Origin: Rhizodiscina lignyota
Taxonomy: Eukaryota
Direction of reading: 5' to 3'
Length of the DNA stretch: 64,000 bases
NCBI GenBank assembly: GCA_010015805.1
Contig: ML978122.1
Coordinates: 654,453 to 718,452, forward strand
A program made the position numbers and the translations under genes. Position 1 is the first letter of the stretch. Every line of letters begins with the position of its first letter. Under the pieces are notes generated by a model. It saw nothing but the letters and a program-made list of their open reading frames with translations, was not told the DNA's origin and did no database searches. This document shows positions 36,977 through 48,809 of this stretch, one piece after another.

Positions 36977-38774
36977 ATGGAGATGATGGACGCAAATAAA
37001 CGCCCAAGGTCCGTGTTTGCTGCTCCTCTACACCATACTGATTGCACAGTTGGGATGAAACAACCTGCTAACCACGTCAGTTACAGCGCGGCTCTACCCT
37101 CTATCAGCATGCTGGACGAAAAGTTCAACAGCAGAAACGACTCATTGACGGCTGGAGCGCCTTTCCCACCGCCGCCATTTTCGCTTGCAGCATCCAGTGC
37201 CAGCTCAGCACCGGCCGTCCCGCCTGGCTTGATATCTCCTCCCGGCTCCCGTCGGACATCTGGCGATGAGAAAGAGCAAAGACCAGCACCAAGGCAGTCA
37301 TTGCCATCCATACATGAAGCGCTGGGTGGCGGAGAGCAACCGCTGAATTATTCAGTTCAACCACCTCCACCGGCTCCTGGATACTATCAACCACAACAGA
37401 CGCATTCGCCACCAGATTCTGGACGGCGACAGTTTCCGCCCGAGCCTCCAGCTCCTCCTCCATCTATGAACGGCTATCAGCAACACAATACAAGTCCATT
37501 CTCACATCGCACTGCCCCCGTTCCGCCGCCGCCACTACCCAGTGGATTAAGTCAGCCAGAGCAACTCTCACGGGCTTCAGTAGCTCCTCCATCCAACTCC
37601 AAGCTACCTTCACTACATCCGCTCCAGACAGCGTCGCCAATTGATGCGCCTCGATATCAGTACCCGCAGCAACCTTCTCCAGCTTACGAAGCACCTCCAC
37701 AGTCAGCTCAACCCATGCAACAGCCCTTTGGTTATGCTCCATACCAATCGCAACATCCACTCTCTGCTCCACCAACCAGTATACCACAGCCCGTCTTTCC
37801 ATCGACAGCTTACACCGCTCCTAGCAGATATCCTCAGCAAGGCTGGAGGCCAGAAGGTCCAGATGCGAATCGCATCGAAGACAGCAAAAAGGGCATCCGT
37901 GGACCTGGACCATATGGCGAGTCAGTGAAGAGGCATTTAGAGAGCTTTGATTTCGAAGCATCATTGAATGAGGCAAGTTCCATTTTCTTTTTATTTCACA
38001 CTATTCTAATCTCTGTCTACAGATTGCCGATTCATCGGGCAGAATGTCTGAATTTGCGAGCCACTATCGCCGGATCGCGCATCAGACGCAGAGAACCGGT
38101 CTTGTGCCAGGCTCCACTCCCAACATGGCAGAAGTCGAGGAGATGCTCGCTCGCTCGCAACAGCTGCAGGACTCACTTATCAGGATCAAGGAAGTAGTCT
38201 TGGCGCAGAACGCCTCTGCTACTGAGCAGGCCGCTCAAGATCAGAGATACAAGGTTCAGAACGGCTATCAGCCGGAAGAGCACAATCCCTACCAAGATGA
38301 TACGAAGAGCGCAGGATTTGCTGGTGCTGATCCAAAGAAGAGGCGAGGGGTATGTCAGTCCTGAAACACTTGCGGCAAAACCCAGCCGCTCTGGACGGAT
38401 AAGTTTCACTGACACATCTACTTTCTCAGCGAGCTGCTCCACCAGGAAGATGCCACAGCTGTAATCGCGCAGAAACCCCGGAATGGCGGCGAGGCCCCGA
38501 TGGCGCAAGGACCCTATGTAATGCCTGCGGTCTACGTAAGCGGAGCCCCCATATTTTGTTTTCTTACACCCTGCAACCCATACGTCCCCGATCCCGATTC
38601 TAGCAGCTGCATTAGTTTCCGTGAGTCGTGTGTAGGAAGTGATCAAGCTGACTGACGTTTGTTCTTTGCTTATTTTCAGATTATGCAAAGTTGACCAGAA
38701 AAATGGGCACGAACAAAGCGGCCGTCGGGGGCTCGAATTTGCGTCCCAAGGGCCCGGGCTCTCCGATTGCATAG
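36977..38774 (+). CDS. nsdD: GATA zinc-finger developmental regulator, NsdD/SUB-1 type; 5 exons
   Basis: [11 protein letters not shown] and [20 protein letters not shown]. The zinc finger [37 protein letters not shown] is assembled over introns 37009..37080, 37973..38022 (GC-AG), 38350..38429 and 38536..38679. Confidence 0.92.
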
Positions 38775-40239
38775 CAGGACGAGGGATCGTGGTTGGAATG
38801 AGATCGGGCTGAGCACACCTTACTGCGACTTTCCTCACTTGAAAGGCTCTCATCCGACTGGAAACCCCGATTCGAACATGACTGCTGACAGGCACTCCAC
38901 AACCCTTACCCTTTTCACCGCTGTCGAATACATATCTCGAATCTGAAGGGAACCCTTTCTCATCGCTCATACGCCGCAATTCGAGTCCGCACCCTCAAAT
39001 AGTCTCACTCGGCTCACCGTTTCATTTCGTCACTCCCTTGACGTACGAGTTGGCCAAAAGGATTCTCGAGGCATTCCCCAATCTGCCGATTTATCCGGCC
39101 CCTTCATCCATCACACATATCCAGCAGCAACCATCTCTTTTTGCATTTCCAGGAGTTTTTGGCACAAAATCCAACGGGAATATTCACCATCGGGCCGATA
39201 CCACCTTTCCTCCATGAAGTTGCAACCCATCGGGCCGTCCATGTTTTTCTCTATCCAAAAGTCGGGAGCATAATTGTTCACAAGCGATGACTTTCGGAGC
39301 GGGGGTCTTATTAGAGGCCGCGGGGTGTAATTGACGACTGTCATGAGCACACAATCTCTCTCAGCTTTTGCTAGCCTTGATTGTTTGGTTCTTTTTTGAT
39401 CGGCCTGCCTGTCCTTTCCGACCAACGTTTTATACCATCCCCTTTGTCATGCGCTGTGTTGTATCATGGTCTTTTCTGATATTTTCTGAGAGCAAGCATT
39501 CCTTCCCCACCATTCATCCAATTCGGTCCATAACTCTCGGTCACGGGCCATCAAATTGCATTTTTGCGCGCTTCCATATGTCGGATGGGTTCGAAAAGGG
39601 AGGGGGCAAAGGATCCGGTTCTTTATCCCTCTCGGCAGGTTCTTGAATTTTTGCGGTTTAGAGGGCGGCTTCGGTCGGAACAACGGAGTTCACATCTGCG
39701 TGGGAGCGGCATCCATCAGAGCCTATGTTTCAGCAAGGCAGTATCTGGGCTGAGCCAAATACGGGAATTCGGGTCTTTGGTACAAAAAGTCAAAATGGGA
39801 AGGATCAAAGTGGTTCGCGCCACACCCGGGACCCCTCAAATTTGCGGTTGTTCTTTTTTTCATATTGAAGCTCTTTCGGCATTGTGATGTGTCAGGGCCC
39901 TGTGACTGGCCGTGTTTCCCTTGCTTTGCCTGTGTGTATGATTTGTCGATGATATCGAAAGGAAGGGGAGAAAGTACATATGATGGATAGAGACAGTGTC
40001 TATCGAATCGAATGGGCCTGATACGGTCTGATACTTCAACTTCAGTACGCTGTGTTTTGGAGAGTGATCTGTGAGTGCATGCAAGCTCTTGTCGTGAAGC
40101 GAATGGATTGCCATGTTTGCTGACGATCTGGAATATGTGAGGGATACCACTTTCGGTGTGCAGTCTTGCAGTCTTGTCCCAAAGCGGAATAGCTCCGGTT
40201 GCAAACACAACCCGCAACCTACCACGCTAGCCTCAACTA

Positions 40240-41081
40240 TGTCTCGTCAGCCTCCATGGCTTCCTAAGTGTAGTGCATCAGGAGTGACTCTCGGTTCTGC
40301 GTTAAGTCCTTGCTCTCGTTTACATGAAGTTCTTCTCTCTACGCAGGTTCTCTCCACTTTCTACTATTTCTACGTCCGGCAAGCTTCGCTCCATCTAAAA
40401 CGACATGAACTCTGCTCCAACCTGGGCTGGTGCGAAAGAATTCTTTAGAGTACTTAGGCACATCCAGTGCTGGAACAACGATGCTGAAGCTGCACGGCAT
40501 ATGCGTTGGAAAAATCAAACACACTGGCAGCGCGCTCCTAAGAGAGTTTGGCCATGAAGATCTTAAGTCGGCAGCAGCCTGGGCTCAATTAGTCTCCGGT
40601 GAGGAGGGCACTGATGAGCTCGCTCGGTCCAAGATAAGTATCACATTAATGGATCAGAGTGTTGACGCCTACGGCGAGTCGGTGTTGTCAAAATACATGA
40701 TACAACTGTCCGTAGAAGTGCAGGTTCTTCCTTTTTTTGTCCGGATACATGGGAACAGCGCATCCCGACAATCAACAAGGAGACACAGTCGCCATTGTTG
40801 CTGGTAGCGAGGTGCCAGTTGTCTTAAGACCAGGAAGAGAGTACTGCAAATGGATGGGAGTTGCCTTTGTTCCTGGGGTCATGGAGGGAGAGCTGTGGCC
40901 GTGGTACTTCAAGAAGGGAGCACCACGGCGGGTCAAGCAGGACATATCGCACAAGGAATTCTCGAGGCTGTGGGCAGAGAATATGGAGAAGTTTGAGACG
41001 ACCGCTTTGATTTATGAACAGCACGGATCTGGAGAAATTTGGACGCTGGATTGTGGTGACATTGACGGTCGCGAGGGTTGA
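40240..41081 (+). pseudogene. Relic of a HET-6-like heterokaryon-incompatibility gene (C-terminal part only)
   Basis: RFFLFLSGYMGTAHP..GDTVAIVAGSEVPVVLRP..WMGVAFVPGVMEGE matches the conserved HET-6-like C-terminal motif. The frame is broken by TAG 40713-40715 and no HET domain is visible upstream. Confidence 0.6.
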
Positions 41082-41798
41082 CTCTTTCATGAAGACAGTT
41101 TTACAAGGTGTACGTTCAGCCAAGTATTGATTCATAAACATCTCGTTCACGCGCGCTATAACTTCCAATGTCGTCAAATGCGGTAATTCCATGTCTTCGG
41201 CTACTATCGGCGGCAATGCGTCGGAAGTCGGGAACGCGGACCATCGTTTCAACGGTTCAACCCAGCGCGCTGGCTCCCTCGCACGATTACTGGCTCCTCT
41301 TTCTGCGAGTTCACTGCAGAAAAGATTTTGATTAGAAAGCCGGACATCATGCGTGCATCTTGAGTCCAGCCAAGCCTAGTGTATGCATCGAGTACGTGCT
41401 TTTTGCATTTTGACAGGTGAGGCTGCCGACGCCCTGCACTCGTTCTATTTAGAGACACCCTATTTCCTCCTTCATCTCCGCCGACACTGTGTTGAAAACT
41501 GGCGGGTCTTAACGGCTCGTGACGCTGAGCTTTTTCCTGGAGGGGCACACAGAAGCTTAGCTTGGACACTGTACACATTTGCGGCCGGATTGCCGAACTT
41601 CATCGGGAAGGAGAGACAACGTCAAGCCTTCGGGAGAACAAACAGTTTCATTTCAAACCCACCGAATTCTCTAAAATCCAGTCATTTCCTTGGAGTATCA
41701 GCTCTTTGACGGCTCTGGCGACGACATTGTGATAAGGAGAAGGCTTTTTGGCCACAGAAGAGCTCTGAGGCGTGAGCCTCGACCCTCGGACTCGAACC

Positions 41799-43834
41799 AT
41801 GGGTCTTCTTGCCGTCGGCACGCCGCTCGAATGGCCAGAGGCGAAGAAAGTCGCTGGACATGTCCGCGAATGGGGAATCGAGCAGCTGCTTGCGATCTGG
41901 CGCAGAGCGAAAGGCAAAGAGCGGGATGCGCTCCTCTGGGGCGACGAGATCGAGTATCTGGTTGTTTGCTACGATGACGAGCACCGGAAGGTCAGGCTGT
42001 CGCTGCGCCAGATGGATATCCTCGATGCACTTGCATCGGATCAGGATCTCTTGAAAGCTGGCGGAGGTGTGCCGGATGTGCAGCGAGGGGCACCGAAGGA
42101 GGGCGACACGGCGCCGGTTTTTCATGCAGAATTTGGCAGGTTCATGCTTGAGGCGACTCCTGGGAAGCCATGGGGGATTGGATTCAAGGACCTGCTTGAT
42201 GTCGAGCCGAACATGAAGTTGAGGAGGAAGATCGCCAAGGAGCATATGGCAGACACCGAATTTCCCATTACTCTGACGACATTCCCAAGGCTCGGCCAGA
42301 AGGACTGTACAGACCCTGCTTACCCTGTTTCCGGACCAAAGTTACGATCGCAGTTCCTACCGGATGAGATTGCAAATCCTCACGTGCGTTTTCCGACTCT
42401 CGCAGCAAACATCAGATGGCGACGGGGAAGGAAGGTTGAGCTCAATGTACCCGTGTTTCGAGACGAGAAGACACCGTGGCCATTCAAGGACCCTACAGTA
42501 AACTATGATCTTCACAACTGGCCAGAAGACGACGATGTACGCAATGGTGCGGCTAAGGAGAATTGCATCTACATGGACGCGATGGCTTTCGGCATGGGAA
42601 GCTGTTGCTTACAGATCACGTTCCAGGCAAAGAACATCGAGGAGGGACGTAAGATGTACGATCAACTGAGCCCACTAGGACCGATTCTGCTTGCTTTGAC
42701 GGCGGCTACGCCCGTATACAAAGGATTTCTAGCGGACACGGACGTGCGGTGGAATCAAATCAGTAGAGCGGTAGATGACAGGACGCCTGAAGAACTCGGC
42801 GAACAGGTACACACTACGGCTTTTTTGAGACGAATGGAACTGACACAATGTAGCCTCTAAAGAATGATCGATGGCGGATACCCAAATCTCGATACGCTTC
42901 AAATTCGACATACATATCTCGCGATCCCCGGTTACGCAAGGAGTATCTCGACCCTGACCTTGTTGTAGATGAGAAGTTAAAGCAGCGCCTCCTTGATGGA
43001 GGAATGGACGATCTCCTCGCTACTCACTTTGCTCATCTCTTTATTCGTGACCCGATCGTGGTCTTCTCCGAGGATCTAAAAGAGCTTGATCTGGACAAAG
43101 TGGATCACTTTGAGAATCTACAGTCGACTAATTGGCAGCATATGCGTTTCAAGCCACCTCCACCTGGTAACAATACCGGATGGCGTGTCGAGTTCCGGCC
43201 CATGGAGATTCAGATCACAGACTTTGAGAATGCTGCATTCTCTATCTTCATTGTGCTCATCACGAGGGCTATTCTCAGCTTTGATCTGAACTTCTATATT
43301 CCCATCCCCAGGGTCACTGAGAACATGGAGACGGCACATGCTCGCGACGCCGTACTCAACTCGAAATTCTACTTCCGCAAGAACCCATTCCCTGAGCGAC
43401 CTGAGCGACCGACGAGTAACTCGTCCGCGTCTGGTACATCCACACCCTCACCGATCAGCCGTCCAGATACACCTCTTGGTCCTGTCGAAGACGAATACGA
43501 ATTAATGACCGTTAACGAAATAATCAATGGCAGCGCGTCCGGCTTTCCAGGCTTGATCCCACTTGTGGAGAGCTACCTAAACAGCATGAATGTCGACGTT
43601 GAAACGCGGTGTGAGCTAGCGACGTATCTGGACCTGATCCGGAAGAGGGCAGACGGTACGCTGTGGAGTGGCGCGAAGTGGATGAGACATTTTGTGCGGA
43701 ACCACCAGGAGTATAAGCAGGATAGCGTCGTGACCGAGGGGATTGAATTTGACATTGTAAGGGCTGCGGAGAGGATAGCTAGAGAGGAAGGCCGTGATGG
43801 GTTCGGTTTCGAGATGCTGGGCCACAAACGATAG
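41799..43834 (+). CDS. GSH1: Glutamate-cysteine ligase catalytic subunit (gamma-glutamylcysteine synthetase); 2 exons
   Basis: MGLLAVGTPLEW, LLWGDEIEY, EFGRFMLEATPG, IYMDAMAFGMGSCCLQITFQ, HFENLQSTNWQ and GWRVEFRPME. Intron 42807..42853. Confidence 0.97.
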
Positions 43835-44098
43835 ATGGCGTTTGCGCATATTGCGCTGTCTTGCATAGGTGTTTAGCATCTGCGCTAATTGATGATCATA
43901 GCCTAGTAGGTCCTTTTATCTTTCTGCAGCCTGCCGATGTGTTGTCTTGGGGTGCGTTTGTGAGCGCGAAATTTGAGACCAGTCAAATTTCCTTCGCGCC
44001 TTCCTCGCAACACCTGCAGCCTGCTCCCACTATAAATACACGCCCCTCCCTCAATCTTCCCACAACAACAACAAACCAAAACTCTCACAGCTTCTCTC

Positions 44099-44453
44099 TC
44101 TCCTTCCTTCAAACTCGCGTCAAACAGTTGCTTCTCTGCCGCACTTGGTGAGGCAGTGAAGCAGCGTCTAACATCCACCAAGTCCAGCGGCTTCGCAGCT
44201 TCACTCTGTTCCTCTTGTAACAGCAACGAAAAAAAACCTCTCCCCCCACCTCTCCTTCCTTGAAGTTCGCGTCGAGCGGTTACTTCTCTGCCTCCCTTCG
44301 CGAAGCACCATCCGCCATCCACCAAATCGTGCGGTTTCGCAGCTTCGCTCCTCCTTCCTCTTAAATCCGCGTCGAGCAGTTCCCTCTCTGCTTCACTTCG
44401 CGAAACACCATCCCACATTCACCAAATCCCGTGGCCTCGCGGCTTCACTCTGC
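44099..44453 (+). repeat. Three degenerate tandem copies of a ~100-bp unit in a 5' leader
   Basis: Units start at about 44099, 44251 and 44351. They share CTCCTTCC..CGCGTC..GTT..TCTCTGC..CACCAA..GG.(T/C)TCGC.GCTTC.CTC. Units 2 and 3 are exactly 100 bp apart. Confidence 0.85.
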
Positions 44454-44460
44454 TGGAGCA

Positions 44461-45954
44461 ATGGCGACGCTCTCTGACATTGACTTGTAAGTATAAGCTC
44501 AAATCCCCTGTTAAGTGATTCGATACATGACGTATAGCACGAAATGTAGTCTCTTCTTCACCGATCCCACTGGCATCGAGTCGACCGCCATCTCATCACG
44601 CCAACTCGAGCAAGTTCCAGAAGATGTCCTCAAGAAGCTCTTCACTGGCGAGGAAGGAGCCCTAGGTGCTCTGCGGGTCCACATCATTGCAAAGACCCCA
44701 CACTATCACAGCCTCATCCGACTCAGGCAATTCCTCATCAACTCAGCCAATGGAATGAAATCGTATCAGCCATTCGACCCCAACATGAATGTCGCGTTTG
44801 AAGTCATCGACAACGCTGGAGTAGTGAAAACTTGGGAAGAAGGCTTTCCCGTTGACAACGTCCAAGGACTGGCACCTACTTCCTTCAACAAGTGGTTCTG
44901 TCGCGAGCTAGACCTCTACGAATTCGCAGCTCAGTTAGGCTATACTGCTCTTCTCGAAACATCATCGAATCACATCCGCACCAAGTTCCCCGTCGGCCGT
45001 CAGGAGACAGAACGCCTTCTCGAGCGCATACTCAGCATCGCACATGCACAAGGTGATCAAGGCCTCGTTCGGTACATCCTCGAAAAAGTCAAGAAGCATG
45101 GCATTGCCATGGTGGAGACAAACGAGTTCCGCGAACTCCTAGAGCGCACACTAGCCCAGAACCCGGTCGCGAAATTCCTTTTCGATTCGTACAGCGTTAC
45201 TGCAGAGGGAGCATTCGGATACCTTGGTCGAGCAAACAATCTAGCTGAAGCCTACAATGTCACCGAGCTCAAGGACTTCCTCAAAATTCTGGCCAACGCT
45301 GCCGTGAGTGCCTTGAGGCAGAAGCCTGCCTTCCGTGAACCGATTCAGCAAGCCGTGCAGCATGAGCCTCTCGCGAAGCTCCTAGCTGACATTCGCATGG
45401 GTACGGACTCATCGGAGAGTACGTCTCGGGCAGAAGCCGACAGGTTTCTTGAACAGCTGTCCTTTGAGATCAATCTTACTTACAATCATCCAGACACTCA
45501 GGTGCCGGAGATTCAGAAAGCGCCAGAGACCCAGGAGGCGCAAGAGACCCCGAAGGTGCCAGACACTCCACTCAGCACCATGACCGGCGCTACCGTCCGC
45601 ACTACCCCGTGCCCAGAAGGCCCCACACGCATCGATACCAGCGCTACATTCCTCGCGAAGCTCATGCAAGAGCTACAGAACGGCAACGTATTCATCGCGG
45701 ACCAGGATGGCTACGGCACTCTGTGCCACACGGGCGGCGCCTACCAGAGGCGCAACGAGGACTTCCGCTTCCGCCGTGGAGAGGTGCTGCTGCGCGAGAC
45801 TAGTGGTCAATTCAGGACTACTAGTCACCATAACGTCATGGTCGTCAACGCGCACGGCCAGGTCGGAGACGTGCTGGGGAGCTTGGTGAGGAAGGCGGAT
45901 GAGAGGCTGGGGCTGCTGGGGGGCCGGTCGAGATCGCGCTCCCCACGCCGGTAA
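44461..45954 (+). CDS. Orphan hypothetical protein (~475 aa) with a possible degenerate SH3-like C-terminus; 2 exons
   Basis: TATAAATA at 44031; ATG 44461; intron 44487..44549 (GTAAGT..TAG) joins in frame to ORF 44515..45954; coding-like codon usage. Confidence 0.75.
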
Positions 45955-47363
45955 GAGGCTGGGGGGAATTGTAGGAGAAGGGTTTCGGGGTAGCACGGCG
46001 CAAGGCGAGCAAACGCCTTGCCTTTACGATAGATTGACTCGAGAGCTTCGGCTCTAATGAAAAACTCATCCAAGTGGCAATATGGTGTACAAGTCTTTCA
46101 GTCGTTTCGTCCTTGTTTAAAACATCCTAAACAACGCACAATTGAGCGTTCAGAGGTAATATAAATTGCCTTGAAGAGCAAGAGATGACTAAGTCTAGGT
46201 ATTACAGCTTACCCGTCAGCTTTTATATCTCTTCGTCCACTTCTACGCTTCCTTCACGTTATCACTACCCCCATTGGGTACCACAGAGCTTCCGAGGATG
46301 TCGTCAACAGCTTTCGAGACACTGAATAGCGGAGAGAGGCAATCTCTGTAATTGACAAAGCGTAAGAGTTGTTTAAAGGTATGCTATTGTTCACTACACT
46401 CTACAGAACGTGCAATTGAACTTCCAAATATAATGCTAATTGCCTTGAAGTGCAAGAACTAATTAACTCTAGGCATTCCAGTATATTCGGCGGCCAGATA
46501 TTCAGTCACTTTCCAGCACGTCAACCACGATCCCCTCAATTGAGGACGGCGAATGGCTCGATGTGGCCTTGGACATCATGGCAGCATTTGAGTAGGCTCG
46601 TTACAGTATTTAAGTGAGCTTATGGGCCATGACTCTTGGAATCCACTCTATGCTCGTCAATGGTATCACAATCACCTTGGATGCCACTGAGCATGCCGGC
46701 CAACAGAAGCGGCATCACTCTGTTCTCCGAGACTGCCTTAAATGTTGCTCATACCATCAGGAAGGAGGATTTCGGCAAGGAGTCTTGGAAGCCCAGTCCG
46801 GCCGCTCACAATAGCCACGCTGCTCGGCCGCGTAAAACGCTGTACCTGCCTCAACGAGGCGATGAGAATTTATGGTCGAGTATGACTAAAAAGTTAGCCG
46901 TACCTTTCAAGGTATTGAACAGTTGTGATGTAAAGCCTCCATAGCTAACAAAGTAGGCAATTTGTTCAATAGTCCGTTACTGTCATATTGACTCCAAAGA
47001 ATGTAATATGGAGCTTTCATATATCATCTTTCTTGCCTTAACGTGCACAATCTACTCAACTTGAAGCGTTACAACTTGTCCGGCAGTTAACTATTTCGTG
47101 CCTCTCGAAGTTGTGTATACATGCCTGCCTTTCTTGAAGACTCTACAAGAGCACACGTATAATGGTCATAGATAAGACATAAGGGCATCACGTGCAAAGC
47201 ACTACCGTCTGGCATGACGCCGTATATTTGAAATTTCACCGAGTCAGTCATTTTAATTGAGCACGTTCGAAAGAACGTAAGATTGAGCATTCGGAGATAA
47301 TCTCAATTGCCGTGGAGTGTGAGATATGCTCGACTTCAGGTACCGCAGCTCGCCCGGTACCAA

Positions 47364-48809
47364 CTATTTTGTCACGCTCGAGGCTGTACCGTTACATTTC
47401 ACCCCAACAACGTCTTCAGCATTGTCGCACACTACACGGGCGGGTGTGTTATCGGCACTATCCAAGAGATCTACCCCTTCAAAATGGATATCGCGGCAGG
47501 GTTGTGCAGCAGAGCAATTCAGCCCAATACCGTTCTCGCCATTCACCGTCCCCGTGACGTTGCTGAACGACAGGTCCTCGAACAGGAACGTCGACGTGTC
47601 GCAGTAATTGGCTTGATCGGCCACCTTGAAGTAGCACTTGTTGACGAAGACGCCCTGGCTTGTGTTGTCGACATGCAGGTTCTCAAAGGAAATGTTGGAC
47701 ACTCGTCCTGTTCCGCCGCCGCCTCCCTGCGGTGGTGTGCCCTCTTCATGGCCGACCCATGACTTGAAATACGCGCCGCCAGCGACGGTTCCTCCTCCAT
47801 ACGCCGGACTTATCAATTGGCTGACGGTAATGTCCGTTGCGGAGACATTGGTGATGAAGTCTGGTGCGCCCGGGTATTGGCCAACGCTACCAAAGGCAAC
47901 GCCGCCTCCAGTACAAGTTATGTTGCGGAAGACGAGGTTGGTTGAATTACCTTTTGGCGCGAGGCAATCGTCGCCGCCGTGGAAGACCCAGTCGGCCGCG
48001 AGAAAGTTGTTAACACGTATTGTGTTGATGCCGTCCGTGTTGGTTTCGTAGTTGGACCCGTTGCCTGCTGGATCCCTGTTCGTGCTGTTGAGATATATCG
48101 AAGTGAAGCTGACGTCCTGCGAGTCCTGCACATAGAAATTCCAGAACATGGACTGGCGGACCGAGAAATTGCGCACCGTCGCATTTGTGCTGTTGTAAAG
48201 CGTCAAGGGGATCGGGCGTCCGAACTGATTGCTGTGGCCGGCAGCACGGCCATACCATGCCTGACCGTTTCCTTCAATGCCACCCTGCATCCAGCCGCCG
48301 CCGTCAATGATGTAGTCTGAGCCTTCGACTATCCAGGCTGTCGACTGGTTCTGGAACTCGATACGGTGCGACTCATCGATCCAGTAGCCCAAGTCAGGCA
48401 CGAAGGAGAGCGTACCAAAGACGTTCAGAGTCGCGCCGACGAGACGCATAAGCAGGCGCTTACGAATGGTATATACATAAGGTGCTGGTAGCGTGATGGT
48501 CCCGCCCGTGCCGCAGGCAGAGACAGCGGCAAGAATCTGGCTAGAGTCATCCTGGCCCCAGCCGAGAGGGGTGACGATACACTCGGAACATTTTGATTTG
48601 GGAGAATATGAGAACGTAGATGGTTGAGACGCTGCAGCATCAGGATTAAGGAGAAGTGTGATTTGCGGAGAAGACATTGATGTAGTATCTGGAAAGTCAG
48701 TGCAGACATTTTTGGCCGTATGGGATGGCCACCACTGCCCTGCCGGATTCCATGACGCCTTCGTTAGGCCTGCGAATGCAGCAAAGACAAAAGTGGTGGA
48801 AAGCTTCAT
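47364..48809 (-). CDS. Secreted glycoside hydrolase family 28, RgxB-like (exo-rhamnogalacturonase / alpha-L-rhamnosidase type)
   Basis: Signal peptide MKLSTTFVFAAFAGLTKA, GQDDSSQIL, FQNQ, IEGNGQAWY, GRP, NTDG, GDDC, FGSVGQYP, GAYFKSW and GGGGTG.V.NI.F. Confidence 0.9.
   Translation of the reverse strand: MKLSTTFVFAAFAGLTKASWNPAGQWWPSHTAKNVCTDFPDTTSMSSPQITLLLNPDAAASQPSTFSYSPKSKCSECIVTPLGWGQDDSSQILAAVSACGTGGTITLPAPYVYTIRKRLLMRLVGATLNVFGTLSFVPDLGYWIDESHRIEFQNQSTAWIVEGSDYIIDGGGWMQGGIEGNGQAWYGRAAGHSNQFGRPIPLTLYNSTNATVRNFSVRQSMFWNFYVQDSQDVSFTSIYLNSTNRDPAGNGSNYETNTDGINTIRVNNFLAADWVFHGGDDCLAPKGNSTNLVFRNITCTGGGVAFGSVGQYPGAPDFITNVSATDITVSQLISPAYGGGTVAGGAYFKSWVGHEEGTPPQGGGGGTGRVSNISFENLHVDNTSQGVFVNKCYFKVADQANYCDTSTFLFEDLSFSNVTGTVNGENGIGLNCSAAQPCRDIHFEGVDLLDSADNTPARVVCDNAEDVVGVKCNGTASSVTK

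Noticed and set aside
44099..44453. CRISPR-like array
   Set aside because: Eukaryotic context; the units are long degenerate tandem copies without unique spacers, and there are no cas genes.
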